Assembly: GCA_003056285.1 (NCBI GenBank) | Contig: NDWU01000013.1 | Location: forward strand, 7,826 to 39,825 | DNA: 32,000 bases | Source of the DNA: Candidatus Terraquivivens tikiterensis | GTDB taxonomy: Archaea; Thermoproteota; Nitrososphaeria_A; Caldarchaeales; Wolframiiraptoraceae | Reading direction: 5' to 3' | Shown: in pieces, positions 1 to 9,020 of the stretch | Numbering within the stretch: position 1 is the stretch's first letter | Layout: the number at the start of each line of letters is the position of its first letter | Translations under genes and position numbers: made by a program | The notes under the pieces: generated by a model | What the model was told of the DNA's origin: nothing | Databases searched by the model: none | Seen by the model: only the letters and a program-made list of their open reading frames with translations

Positions 1-1005
1 TTTCCAGCACCCGCCGGAATCAGGGCTCCAAGCCTGCCGATAAGGGTTGGCGTAGTCGAAAGCCTGGACTCTGCTTTTGTTCTGAAAGAAGGTTACGGTG
101 TGGATGAGTTCTTGAAAAGGTACAACGTAACCCACGTCGTCATACCGTTCAGCATAGACTTCGTTAACACGTACAGAGGGTACGACGAGCGCGTACACGT
201 AGCGGAGTATTCTAGGTTCACGATATCTTCCTTCAGCTGGTCGGTTCGGGACTTGAAAGGTTTAGTTGGCGAGCTGAAGAGGAGGGGCGTTTCTGTCATG
301 CTTGGCGTATACCTCGAGCCTGAAAAGCTAAGCATACGTTACGGCGTACACGGTTACAGGTCTCCTTGGCTGAAGGAAATTCATGGGGAGGTGCTGAACA
401 AGTCCGGGTTTGTAGAATTCCAGAGGGAGCTAAAACCAGATGGGACGTACGTCTTGTTTGAGCAGGCATATGCAGACTACTTTACGTCAAAATCGTTAAA
501 CGTGGTTAAGGATTTTAACTTTGACGGTATATGTCTGCTGGGCGATTTTCGGTATAACGACGAGGCACGCGTAAAAAGCATACTTTACCTTCTGGACAGG
601 CTCTCACCCGTTTTCAGGGAGCACTCAAAACAGGTAATGATGGGAAGTTTTGACGTGAGGATTGGGCCACAATACGTAGAGCTTCTTGGCAAGAGGCTCG
701 ACTATTTGATACTAAGGACGTCATCATGGTTGGATACGTTTTACTACAGCAACCTTAAGAACGCTACTACGTTTGGTAGCTACAGAAGCCATCTGCCCAA
801 GCTACTATCTTCCTTGCCGGATGATATAAAGCATAAGCTACTATTCAGCGTTAGCGCAATGGATATCGCAGAAGGCTGGATGAGCCCAGCCATAACCCTT
901 CAGGAGGACATCGACGGGCTATCCCGGTTTGACACGATGGGCGGGTATGCGATATATCATACAAACAAGTACCTACCGTATAGGATAACGCTTTCAGCCA
1001 GATAA
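1..1005 (+). CDS. hypothetical protein, 5' end probably outside the window (fold not identifiable; possibly TIM-barrel/glycosidase-like)
   Basis: Frame 1 is open from base 1. There is no stop in the 33 codons before the GTG at 100 that the ORF track uses as start. Stop at 1003-1005. I can name no diagnostic motif. Confidence 0.5.
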   Translation, partial: FPAPAGIRAPSLPIRVGVVESLDSAFVLKEGYGVDEFLKRYNVTHVVIPFSIDFVNTYRGYDERVHVAEYSRFTISSFSWSVRDLKGLVGELKRRGVSVMLGVYLEPEKLSIRYGVHGYRSPWLKEIHGEVLNKSGFVEFQRELKPDGTYVLFEQAYADYFTSKSLNVVKDFNFDGICLLGDFRYNDEARVKSILYLLDRLSPVFREHSKQVMMGSFDVRIGPQYVELLGKRLDYLILRTSSWLDTFYYSNLKNATTFGSYRSHLPKLLSSLPDDIKHKLLFSVSAMDIAEGWMSPAITLQEDIDGLSRFDTMGGYAIYHTNKYLPYRITLSAR

Positions 1006-1018
1006 AGGCATCTTGAGC

Positions 1019-1477
1019 TCAGGTCTGCTGTAAGCGCCTCCACTTAGGTACCTGGGGGTAAACTTTTCCGTCCGCTGAAACCCTTCCGCAGCCCAGACAC
1101 AGCCCTCCGTAGGATGCGACGACGTACTTTGCCAAGATAGGCCCCTCGAGCTGTATTGGCGCCCCCTCCATCCAAAGCCTAGCCTGCTCCTCGGTCAGCT
1201 CTATCCTGTTCTTCTCGATGCTTTTGCAGAGGAGCTGTGAGCCTTCAATAGAGAGGACAACGTCCTGCCCAACAACCTTCGCTACGTATATGCCCAAAGT
1301 TTGCACGCCCCGCATCCTCTCTGCAACCCTTATCGTATCGCTCGTGGTCAGCCTGACCTTCCCCTCGCCAACCTGTATCAAAACTTTATCAGAAAAATCT
1401 TTAGCGCCGTACTGTCTCTCGAGCATGGCCTGGAAGGCTGACCTTTTCGAGGAGCTTAGCAGGATGATCTTTTTCAC
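1019..1477 (-). CDS. small PUA-fold RNA-binding protein, Nip7/UPF0113-like
   Basis: 152 aa. Its start overlaps the stop of the upstream NOL1/NOP2/Sun methyltransferase by 4 nt (1474-1477). The C-terminal pattern ...WMEGAPIQLEG...YVVASYGGLCLGCGRV... resembles the PUA domains that accompany these methyltransferases. Family assignment is from memory only. Confidence 0.45.
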   Translation of the reverse strand: MKKIILLSSSKRSAFQAMLERQYGAKDFSDKVLIQVGEGKVRLTTSDTIRVAERMRGVQTLGIYVAKVVGQDVVLSIEGSQLLCKSIEKNRIELTEEQARLWMEGAPIQLEGPILAKYVVASYGGLCLGCGRVSADGKVYPQVPKWRRLQQT

Positions 1478-2322
1478 GGGCCATCGCCTTCTTTCGATAT
1501 CTTCGCGATGAAGAACCCCTCGGCCTCGTGCTCGTACGGGTAGACCCTAACGCACCGCTCGACCTCTGGGTTGAACCTCATTTTTTGCCACTCCGAAAGC
1601 CCCTTGCTCATCCTTAAACCCTCGAGCTTTATCGTCTCAAGGCGGGCATCCGGCCTGCTCGTGAGCAGCCGTTCCACGACCCACTCGTTTTCCTGCGGGC
1701 TAAGCGTGCACGTGGCGTAAACCATCGTGCCGCCTGCCTTCAGGCAATCGAACCCAGAGATCGCTAAGCTGAGCTGTAGCCTGGATAAGCGCTCTGAGGC
1801 TCGGAAGCTCCAATTTTTTGCAGCCCCCCAGTCCTTGCTCACTATTCCTAGCGACGTGCAAGGCGCATCGACGAGAACTTTGTCGAAGAGGCCTTTTGAC
1901 CATAAAGGAAACCTCCTACCGTCTGCCTGGGTGATGATGCAGTTTATAACCCCGCACCTCTGAATGTTGGACGAAAGTGCCCTTATTCTTTTGACGTTGA
2001 CGTCGTTAGCAACTATCACACCCTCCCCATGCAAAAACTGCCCTATCTGGGTAGTCTTGCTACCTGGAGCGGCGCATAGGTCCAGGACGAGATCTCCCGG
2101 CTTGGGCGATAGGACCTCGACCGGTGCCATGGATACTGCGCCCTGGATGTATATGAGGCCAAGCATGTGCTCCAGAGTGTTTGCCACGTTCACGTCGTTT
2201 ACAACCCAGTAGCCGTGGCTAGCCCAAGGTATCTTCTCGAGCTCTACGCCTTTTTCCCTCAGCATCCTGACCACGTACTGCTCCTCTGCCTTTATCGTGT
2301 TAACCCTGATGGATTGTCGCAT
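1474..2322 (-). CDS. RNA (cytosine-C5)-methyltransferase, NOL1/NOP2/Sun (RsmB/Trm4-like) family
   Basis: SAM motif I is DLCAAPGSKTTQ. Motif IV is DKVLVDAPCTSLG with the catalytic Cys. Motif VI is ATCTLSPQENE with the second Cys. The N-terminal IRVNTIK is typical of the family. The frame stays open upstream of the ATG (see findings). Confidence 0.9.
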   Translation of the reverse strand: MRQSIRVNTIKAEEQYVVRMLREKGVELEKIPWASHGYWVVNDVNVANTLEHMLGLIYIQGAVSMAPVEVLSPKPGDLVLDLCAAPGSKTTQIGQFLHGEGVIVANDVNVKRIRALSSNIQRCGVINCIITQADGRRFPLWSKGLFDKVLVDAPCTSLGIVSKDWGAAKNWSFRASERLSRLQLSLAISGFDCLKAGGTMVYATCTLSPQENEWVVERLLTSRPDARLETIKLEGLRMSKGLSEWQKMRFNPEVERCVRVYPYEHEAEGFFIAKISKEGDGP

Positions 2323-2438
2323 GGGTTTCCGATAGCTTTCCAGGAGGCTTTCGACGTCTACCTCCGGTAGGCTACGTAGAAGGTTGTTAAGGTCCTCGCT
2401 AATCCTAATAGCGCTCAGGGTACCATCACCCGGTTACG

Positions 2439-3062
2439 CTACTTGAACACTTCGCCGGTCTTGTCCGCCCACATTACAAGGTCAAGGGCCTCGGGCTTTA
2501 TACCCAAATCCGCTGCAAACTGTATGAACTTCTTCTCGAGCTCAAGATACTTCCTCTTCGTCAAGCTTTTCGGTAGCTCTTTTATGATGCCGGCCTCCCT
2601 CATACCCCTAAGTATATGCCTGTCCAAGATCGCCAGCCCCTCGTAGCCTACGTTCCTTAGGAAGTGGCTCGCCTCCTTATAGCCCAGACCCCTTATGTTT
2701 TTGACGAGCCAATCCCTTGCTTTAAAAGCGTCCGGGGGGAGGCTTTTTAACGATTTCATGTAAGTCCTTGCAGCAACTATGTATCTGGCCTTCGACTCAG
2801 GGAACCTAACGCCGTTCCTCCTTAGAACGAGCGCTATGCTGCTCTCGCTTCCACGAAGTAGCAGCGACCCTTCCTTCATGCTCGATATCGCCCTTTCCGC
2901 GGCCCTCGCCTTAGTTTGGGGAGTGCATATGCAGAAACAAAGCTCTGCGAATACCTCCTCCTCGCTCCTCCCTAGCATCTCCTTAAATTCTTTGAGCCTT
3001 CTCTCTACCTCGTCGCGCCTCTCTTCGTAAATCTTTCGATACCTGTTCACGGCATCGCTCAT
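2439..3062 (-). CDS. ogg: 8-oxoguanine DNA glycosylase/AP lyase, archaeal Ogg2 type (HhH-GPD superfamily)
   Basis: 207 aa. HhH motif with catalytic Lys (IRGLGYKEASHFLRNVGY) followed by ILDRHIL (catalytic Asp), as in Methanocaldococcus/Sulfolobus Ogg. Overlaps the herA stop by 4 nt. Confidence 0.85.
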   Translation of the reverse strand: MSDAVNRYRKIYEERRDEVERRLKEFKEMLGRSEEEVFAELCFCICTPQTKARAAERAISSMKEGSLLLRGSESSIALVLRRNGVRFPESKARYIVAARTYMKSLKSLPPDAFKARDWLVKNIRGLGYKEASHFLRNVGYEGLAILDRHILRGMREAGIIKELPKSLTKRKYLELEKKFIQFAADLGIKPEALDLVMWADKTGEVFK

Positions 3063-4552
3063 GCTTCCCGCTCGCTTATCGCCCTCGCGATATGTAGATG
3101 TTCCCTGTCGTGCACGTCAAAAAACAGCCTAGTTTTACCCATGGTATCGACGTCGACCTCCCTAACCTTGACGACGACGGGTATGTCCCTAACCAAGTAG
3201 CCTATGAGTAAGCAGTAGCGCGGGGGCAGGGAGGCTACGATGGCCTTTACGCTCTCGGAATCCATGCGGGAAGTCCTGGCTATGGCCTCAAGGTCCGCCT
3301 CGTTTGTGAAGTTGAAGAGTATTATGTTATCAGCTTGTCTGTATATCGTCTCCGGTATGGAGTCGGGCTGGTTCGTCACGAATATCGGCGAAAGGCCCAG
3401 ATGCCTCATCCTCGTTATCATGTCGTCCCAGTACGTATCCCTTAGGTAGAGGTGCGCCTCCTCAGCCACAAGAAAGATTGGGGGTATCCTCCTCGCGTGC
3501 AAAAGCTCGGTGAGCTTGCTGAGCAGGTACTCTACAACCATCCTCCTCGTCGAGGGCAGGAGGTCCCTAAGGTTAACCACGATGATTTTGCCACCCGTGT
3601 ACTTAACGACCTCCTCAAAGGAAGGTACTTCGTATTCCTCATCGGCAAATATGCCCGTGGCCTCCATGGCCATAAGCCTTGTAATCAGCGCCTCCTTAAC
3701 GGATTCGTGCAGTTGTGCCCTTTGGATTACGTCCATAAGATTTCTCAGGGTAACGCTGCCCTTGCTTTTCTTTACCATGTTCCATATCCTGAAGAATTCC
3801 CTACAACTGCTGGATGGCGTTTCGTAAACGTGTATCAGGATGTCCATAAAGGTTCTTAGGCCGACGTCTTCCGTTTTGACCCTAAAGTTCCTGCCCGGCT
3901 CCAACACCTCATGCCGAAGGGCTAAGCTGCTCTGGCCTCCGTCGACTTTCCTCTTTAGGTTCACGTATTCCCCGTTGATATCAAGAACTATAACGAGGGC
4001 TCCGTACTCGACCAGCGCAGTCGTTATCAGCTTCGTTATGTGGGACTTCCCCGTCTCCTTCTTCCCTGTTATTATTGTCAGCCTGCCGTCGAAAGATTCC
4101 GCGTCTACCCAAAAATCCTCGCCCCCAAGCGTCCCGATTCGAACCCTCCTCCTACCCATCAACCCCATCATATTCCTCAACTGCTCTGCCCTTGCGGCGT
4201 ACACTTCAGACCTAAACCTCGAGGGTAGCCATGAGCTGTTATGCACGACCCTGCTCCCTTCCACGATGCACCTTATCTTACACTTTATCATCCTCGCATC
4301 CTTTATCATCATGGTCAGCGAGCCAGTCTCGAATGGATCGAATACGCTCTCATGGTTAACGGCTTCCAAAGAAACTTCCCGGAGCATGTCCTCGAGTATC
4401 CCTGGAATCTCAGCATAGTTCACGTCTATTACCTGGGCGAGCATAAACTTCTCTCCCTCGCTCACGACGAGATACTGGCCTTTCTCGACTAGGGCCTCGG
4501 AAGGGAACGCCAGTATATCCAATGCGTCCCTCTGCTTGGAAAAGACCTTCAT
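3059..4552 (-). CDS. herA: HerA-like hexameric ATPase/helicase (DUF87/FtsK-HerA superfamily)
   Basis: 497 aa. Walker A is ITGKKETGKSH. Walker B-like is PIFLVAEEAHLYL. The N-terminal region is barrel-like (GQYLVVSEGEKFMLAQVIDV). It lies directly downstream of a NurA-domain gene. Confidence 0.8.
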   Translation of the reverse strand: MKVFSKQRDALDILAFPSEALVEKGQYLVVSEGEKFMLAQVIDVNYAEIPGILEDMLREVSLEAVNHESVFDPFETGSLTMMIKDARMIKCKIRCIVEGSRVVHNSSWLPSRFRSEVYAARAEQLRNMMGLMGRRRVRIGTLGGEDFWVDAESFDGRLTIITGKKETGKSHITKLITTALVEYGALVIVLDINGEYVNLKRKVDGGQSSLALRHEVLEPGRNFRVKTEDVGLRTFMDILIHVYETPSSSCREFFRIWNMVKKSKGSVTLRNLMDVIQRAQLHESVKEALITRLMAMEATGIFADEEYEVPSFEEVVKYTGGKIIVVNLRDLLPSTRRMVVEYLLSKLTELLHARRIPPIFLVAEEAHLYLRDTYWDDMITRMRHLGLSPIFVTNQPDSIPETIYRQADNIILFNFTNEADLEAIARTSRMDSESVKAIVASLPPRYCLLIGYLVRDIPVVVKVREVDVDTMGKTRLFFDVHDREHLHIARAISEREA

Positions 4553-4554
4553 CC

Positions 4555-5589
4555 CTAATGGCCGTCCAAAGGGTTGAAAAGGCTGCTCCTTACGTCGCCC
4601 AACTCAAAAACCTCTATGTTAAATTCCTGCCTAAGCAGTTTCTGGAGCGCCAAAACGTCGACCTTGTTAAAGGTGCAGTAGTTATGGGCTAGCAGCAACG
4701 TCTCTGGATAGCCGTATACCAGGGCATCGCTGCTGAGGAGGTTGCCTATCGCTAGCAAAGCATCCTCCACTTCCCTAACGCTTACGTCAAGCCTGTAAGG
4801 AAAGAAAGTCCTGGATAGGTGCGATACGAGTATCCTGCCGAGCTTGTGCATTTTATTGGGCGAGCACACCGCCTCGCTTACGTCAACCACGCATGGGGGA
4901 TCCAGGCTCGGTAAGATGGAGGTTATCCTGGTCCCAAGATAGGATAGGTTGGTCGATTTTGAAAAGGCTAGCACGACGTTACCGTTCCGCTCCGCCTCGC
5001 TCAACGTCTCACGGATTAGCTGTAAGGAATTGTCCGCCGGCCCTGCCGTCAAAGAGCCATCAAACAGGAGTATCGAGTCTGAGAAAGTTGACGCCAATGA
5101 GCGCTGGAGCCACTTCTCGAGTAGGCTGCTGAGGCTTTTGTGTATGCTCTCAAAATCTTCGTTCATCGGCTGGACGCCCATGATCTCCGAGACGAAAGCT
5201 AGGAGGGGCCTGTTGTCGTCTAGGGATACGAAAAAGATGAGGGGGCCGATCACCCAAGATTCGACCCCTCCGGAACCCCTCCTCCTCACCACAGAACCCC
5301 TTAGGGCAGCGATATAGCCGAAGGGGCCTTCAGCTAGCTTTATGACGGAGGTATCGCAGGCAACCACGTCGCATGCTCTGCCGGAAGGTTTTGTCCTGTA
5401 GGCCTTAATGGAAGACATATTGTCCAACTCTAGAATGACATCATGGCCAACATGGTATCCGTCTAACCTGATAACCGGTAGTACTCCCTTCAGGCTTTCC
5501 ATGGAGCCCAGCCCCATCTCGGAAAATGCTTTAAATATCCCTAAGAAATTCTCAAAGATGGGTGATTGGATGTTTACGAGCTCGCCCAT
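4555..5589 (-). CDS. nurA: NurA-domain 5'-3' nuclease
   Basis: 344 aa with NurA-like motifs VVACDTSVIKL, ILLFDGSLTAG and YGYPETLLLAHNY. Its stop is 2 nt before the herA start. Confidence 0.65.
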   Translation of the reverse strand: MGELVNIQSPIFENFLGIFKAFSEMGLGSMESLKGVLPVIRLDGYHVGHDVILELDNMSSIKAYRTKPSGRACDVVACDTSVIKLAEGPFGYIAALRGSVVRRRGSGGVESWVIGPLIFFVSLDDNRPLLAFVSEIMGVQPMNEDFESIHKSLSSLLEKWLQRSLASTFSDSILLFDGSLTAGPADNSLQLIRETLSEAERNGNVVLAFSKSTNLSYLGTRITSILPSLDPPCVVDVSEAVCSPNKMHKLGRILVSHLSRTFFPYRLDVSVREVEDALLAIGNLLSSDALVYGYPETLLLAHNYCTFNKVDVLALQKLLRQEFNIEVFELGDVRSSLFNPLDGH

Positions 5590-5623
5590 CGCACCATCAC
5601 CACCAGATATAAGAAACCATGTG

Positions 5624-5635
5624 CTTATAAATTTT
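5624..5635. promoter_or_regulatory. TATA element CTTATAAATTTT in the 68-bp divergent spacer, possibly bidirectional
   Basis: The TATA core lies about 26 nt upstream of the ATG at 5658, predicting a leaderless plus-strand transcript. Read on the minus strand (AAAATTTATAAG) it lies about 35-45 nt upstream of the nurA ATG at 5589. Confidence 0.45.
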
Positions 5636-5657
5636 GCGCAATTTGGGTAAGTTGTTC

Positions 5658-6089
5658 ATGTCACAAGAAAGAATAAGGGTCAAGATAACGGTAGGAAGGG
5701 CGAACGTGGAGATAGAGGCGCCTCCGGAGCTGCTGGAGAGGTCCGTAAGGGATGTTATCTCGGCCCTCGGCGTTTCTGAGGCGGTAGAGCCCGGATCCGG
5801 GCCGCAAAGGCGCGTAAGGCCGGCCGAAAGCTCTACGTGCAGGGCGTTGATAGAGGGTATCCTGAACGAGGGCTGGTTCTCCACGCCAAGGCCTCTTTCA
5901 GAGGTTGTGTCGGAATTGGCCAGAAGGGGGTACAACTACGACCCTACAGCTGTGGCCCATGTCCTGCTCGACCTGGTAAGGGAAGGAACTTTGGCCAGGA
6001 TAGGACGCCCCAGAAGGTACTTGTACGTAGCACACCCCGTGCCAGAGGCTAGGTTAGAGGCTGAAGAGGGCGAGCCTAGGAACGGATAG
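5658..6089 (+). CDS. hypothetical protein P1: small N-terminal domain plus C-terminal winged-helix
   Basis: The track start at 5634 is a TTG inside the TATA box, so the ATG at 5658 is preferred. The N-terminus is RIRVKITVGRANVEIEAPPELLERSV. The C-terminal wHTH-like segment is PRPLSEVVSELARRGYNYDPTAVAHVLLDLVREGTLARIG. Same architecture as the two genes at 6090-7090. Confidence 0.6.
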   Translation: MSQERIRVKITVGRANVEIEAPPELLERSVRDVISALGVSEAVEPGSGPQRRVRPAESSTCRALIEGILNEGWFSTPRPLSEVVSELARRGYNYDPTAVAHVLLDLVREGTLARIGRPRRYLYVAHPVPEARLEAEEGEPRNG

Positions 6090-6587
6090 CTACTTCTTCT
6101 CCATCCTGCCCTCCAGGAACTCCTTGATGCCTAGCGTCGTTACGACGTAGTCGCCCCTGTCTAGGCGTCTTATGTAGCCTTTCCGAAGGATTAGGCTCAG
6201 CTTTCCGGATATCGTCTTCTCGGACTTGGCTATGCTCTTTGCGAGCTCCGAGGCGTTTATAGAGGGAGATTCTGCCAGGCCAAGCCCATGCTCAAGGTAC
6301 CTCTTTATGCACAGCAGCATTATCGCCTCGGAAACAGACAAGGTGTTCAGAGGTTTGATTAGAAAGATGCCCTCTGCCTGGTTGTATGCCAGATAGTCCC
6401 TCAACTTTTCGATCAAATCCTGGATATCCACAGAATACGCTATCCTGCTCGCAAGCGAGTACGCAGGTATGGCTCTTTCCATAAAAGATATGATGCTTCT
6501 GTAGACGTCGTCAGGCTTCCCCTCAAAATCTACCCGAACGTCTTTATACTGTATCGAAGCTTTCATAACCTCATCGTTCATGATCAA
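6090..6587 (-). CDS. hypothetical protein P2: N-terminal domain plus wHTH, paralog of P1/P3
   Basis: The N-terminus is KASIQYKDVRVDFEGKPDDVYRSIISFMERAIP. The C-terminal wHTH is INASELAKSIAKSEKTISGKLSLILRKGYIRRLDRGDYVVT. The ATG overlaps the P3 stop (ATGA, 6584-6587). Confidence 0.6.
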   Translation of the reverse strand: MIMNDEVMKASIQYKDVRVDFEGKPDDVYRSIISFMERAIPAYSLASRIAYSVDIQDLIEKLRDYLAYNQAEGIFLIKPLNTLSVSEAIMLLCIKRYLEHGLGLAESPSINASELAKSIAKSEKTISGKLSLILRKGYIRRLDRGDYVVTTLGIKEFLEGRMEKK

Positions 6588-7090
6588 GCCTCCTCCGCCA
6601 GCACGTTAACGGCGGATATATTAAAGGCATACCTTCCACCGTCGACTTTTGCAACAAGGCCGAGCCTCCTCATCTCGCTTAGCCTAGCCCTCGTGACCCT
6701 TTCCTCCAATCCCGTAGCTACCGAGACCTCTTTAGGGGATAGGGCCTCTCGTTCCAAAAGCCCGAGTATCTTTCCCACGTACGCGGCCGCAAGGCATAGG
6801 AGGATCTTTTTCTTGGCATCCGCCTGCGCTGTGACCGTTACCCTGCCGTTAACAACCTGGGCCTTTCCTGAAAGCAGGGACATTAGGTAAGAAACATCGA
6901 CAGCCCCTACAAACCTCTTCAACAGGGATAGGGACGGATAAACCTCCGATAGGTATTTGTTAACGCTTAACCATACCTCCTCGTAATTTCCATCAAACTC
7001 GACAGAAACGTCATCGTGCTGTATCCTTACCTTTAGAACCTTAGCGCTTTGCAAATTCTTCAACCAAAATAAGCCTTGGGGTACGTGCAT
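6584..7090 (-). CDS. hypothetical protein P3: N-terminal domain plus wHTH, paralog of P1/P2
   Basis: The N-terminus is LKVRIQHDDVSVEFDGNYEEVWLSVNKYLSEVYPS. The C-terminal wHTH is LSPKEVSVATGLEERVTRARLSEMRRLGLVAKVDGGRYAF. It starts 13 nt after the gatE stop. Confidence 0.6.
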   Translation of the reverse strand: MHVPQGLFWLKNLQSAKVLKVRIQHDDVSVEFDGNYEEVWLSVNKYLSEVYPSLSLLKRFVGAVDVSYLMSLLSGKAQVVNGRVTVTAQADAKKKILLCLAAAYVGKILGLLEREALSPKEVSVATGLEERVTRARLSEMRRLGLVAKVDGGRYAFNISAVNVLAEEA

Positions 7091-7103
7091 TAAAATCTAT
7101 CGT

Positions 7104-9020
7104 TTATGCATCTTTGGGTTTAAGCGTCCTGACGGCTTTCAGGAGCATGCTATTCAGGAGAGCGCCGTCGACCCTGCCCCTGTACTCTTTCATAAGCAGG
7201 CCCATCAGCTTGGCTACTGCCCTTTTTTCGTCGGCGGAGATTTCTTCTTCATGCTCTTTGACAAGCGCCCGAATCCTTTCCTCCACCTCGGACGGAGGAG
7301 GGGACCAGAGGCCAAGCTCTTCCACAACACTGTCTACTTCCTGTCCCTTTTGGGCAACGGCAGCCAGCACATCCCTAGCGGCCTCCTTCGCCACCTTTCC
7401 AGATGAAACGAGCTCGAAGAACCTCATTATGTGTGCCTTCGTGATCCTCTCGACGTTCACACCATCCCTCCTCAAACTCCTGAGCAGCTCAGTAAGCGTA
7501 GAGGCCACGACAGTATAGGGCGCTCCGGTCTTCGATACGATATCCTCAAAGTCCTCGACCATCTCGCTGTCCACAAGGTCGTTTGCAAGCTGCTTGCTGA
7601 GCCCGTACTTTTCCATGAGCTGTTGGGCTACGGTATCCAAAGTCGGCGGGAGATTCTTTTTCAGGCGCTCGATGCGTTCCCGTGGGACTATGATGGGCGG
7701 TATATCAGTCTCCGGGTACATCCTGGCCGAGCCAGGCCTTGGCCTCATGTAAACGGTTGTTCCGTCAGGCCTCGCACCCCTCGTTTCTTCCGGTACCCCG
7801 TCTAGGGCCTCGGCCGCCCTCTCCTTGATTACGTCCATCGCATCCAACGCCCTCTCCCTTTCTGCCGCGACTATGACGACGGCATCCGATTCCCCAGCAC
7901 CCGTTAGATCCCTTACTGATCTGACCTCCTCGATGCTTATGCCGTAGCCTGGGAGCTCGTCCGTGTGGAATACCCCCTCTACCTCACTCCACGCCCTTAC
8001 CCTTCCAGCTATCTCTGCACCAAGCCTTATGCCGGGCGATGGCTGTAGGCCTAACAACCCAGCAAACCCTTTTAGCGCGATGGCGTAAACGACCCCGCCA
8101 GCCTCGAGTTGCTTTCTGATTATCTTGCTAGAGGTTTTGGAGAATACGTGCGTGACATCGACGGGCTTTGCTTTCAGAATATCGTCCTTGCTAACGCCCC
8201 GCCTTAACAATTCCTCCCTTATAAACAAAAGGTGTAGTTGCCGCTTAACCTCGTTCTCCACGACCTTCTGAACAAGCTCGAGCTCTTGGACGCCCTTTAT
8301 CTCAACAGGGGCTCCGCCCCTGATGGATACGTTTAAGTCCTGCCTGACGGTCCCTATCCCCCTCTTAACCTTGCCCGTCGCCCTAAGGATCCTACCTATG
8401 GCGTAAGCTACTTCCATTGCCTCTTTGGGCGACTCGATGACCGGCTCTGTAGATACCTCTATCAGCGGTATCCCAAGCCTGGATAGGTCGTAATGGACCT
8501 CTTCCTTCCTAACCTCTATTATCCTTGCGGCATCCTCCTCGAGCGTTATCGTCTGTATGGGTACGACCTTGTTCCCTACCCTTACGCTGCCCCCTATTCC
8601 GACTATGCACGTGCGCTGGAATCCTGTCGTGTTAGAGCCGTCTATGACTATCTTCCGCATCACGTGTATCTCATCGACAGGCTCGGCACCAACCAAAAGG
8701 GCGACAGTTAGCGCTAAATCAAGGGCCTCGGGGTTCAAGCAATGCGGGGGCTCCTCATCCATCTCGACCATGCAAACATTTTTAAGCCTAGCATGGTAAA
8801 CGATCGTCCTCTGCTTTCTAGACTCAAACCTTGCCGCAGCGTCTACCGTACCCATTTCGCTCTGGACTTCCCTCAGCCTTCTGACGAACTTTATACACTC
8901 GCCGTCCCCGACCTCTTCCGTCGGGCAGTCGCAGAATAGCTTCCTCTTCGTGTCAAGCTGTCTGTGTACCTCTAGACCTACCTTTAGCCCTATGCCGGAA
9001 TAATCCTCCACGACTACCAC
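7104..9020 (-). CDS. gatE: Glu-tRNA(Gln) amidotransferase subunit E
   Basis: 638 aa. The N-terminus (GLKVGLEVHRQLDT..KLFC.CP) and overall GatB/E-like layout with a C-terminal YqeY-like tail are typical. It overlaps the gatD stop by 7 nt. Confidence 0.95.
   Translation of the reverse strand: MVVVEDYSGIGLKVGLEVHRQLDTKRKLFCDCPTEEVGDGECIKFVRRLREVQSEMGTVDAAARFESRKQRTIVYHARLKNVCMVEMDEEPPHCLNPEALDLALTVALLVGAEPVDEIHVMRKIVIDGSNTTGFQRTCIVGIGGSVRVGNKVVPIQTITLEEDAARIIEVRKEEVHYDLSRLGIPLIEVSTEPVIESPKEAMEVAYAIGRILRATGKVKRGIGTVRQDLNVSIRGGAPVEIKGVQELELVQKVVENEVKRQLHLLFIREELLRRGVSKDDILKAKPVDVTHVFSKTSSKIIRKQLEAGGVVYAIALKGFAGLLGLQPSPGIRLGAEIAGRVRAWSEVEGVFHTDELPGYGISIEEVRSVRDLTGAGESDAVVIVAAERERALDAMDVIKERAAEALDGVPEETRGARPDGTTVYMRPRPGSARMYPETDIPPIIVPRERIERLKKNLPPTLDTVAQQLMEKYGLSKQLANDLVDSEMVEDFEDIVSKTGAPYTVVASTLTELLRSLRRDGVNVERITKAHIMRFFELVSSGKVAKEAARDVLAAVAQKGQEVDSVVEELGLWSPPPSEVEERIRALVKEHEEEISADEKRAVAKLMGLLMKEYRGRVDGALLNSMLLKAVRTLKPKDA

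Noticed and set aside
5634-5657. TTG start at 5634 for P1; also TTG 19370 for the ChlID gene, TTG 23588 for the DUF1648 gene, TTG 30630 for the hypothetical gene, and ATG 10405 for the aminotransferase
   Set aside because: These are simply the first permitted start codons of the open frames. Downstream ATGs fit better with TATA-box spacing or SD-like boxes and with typical family N-termini. The upstream starts cannot be strictly excluded without experimental data.
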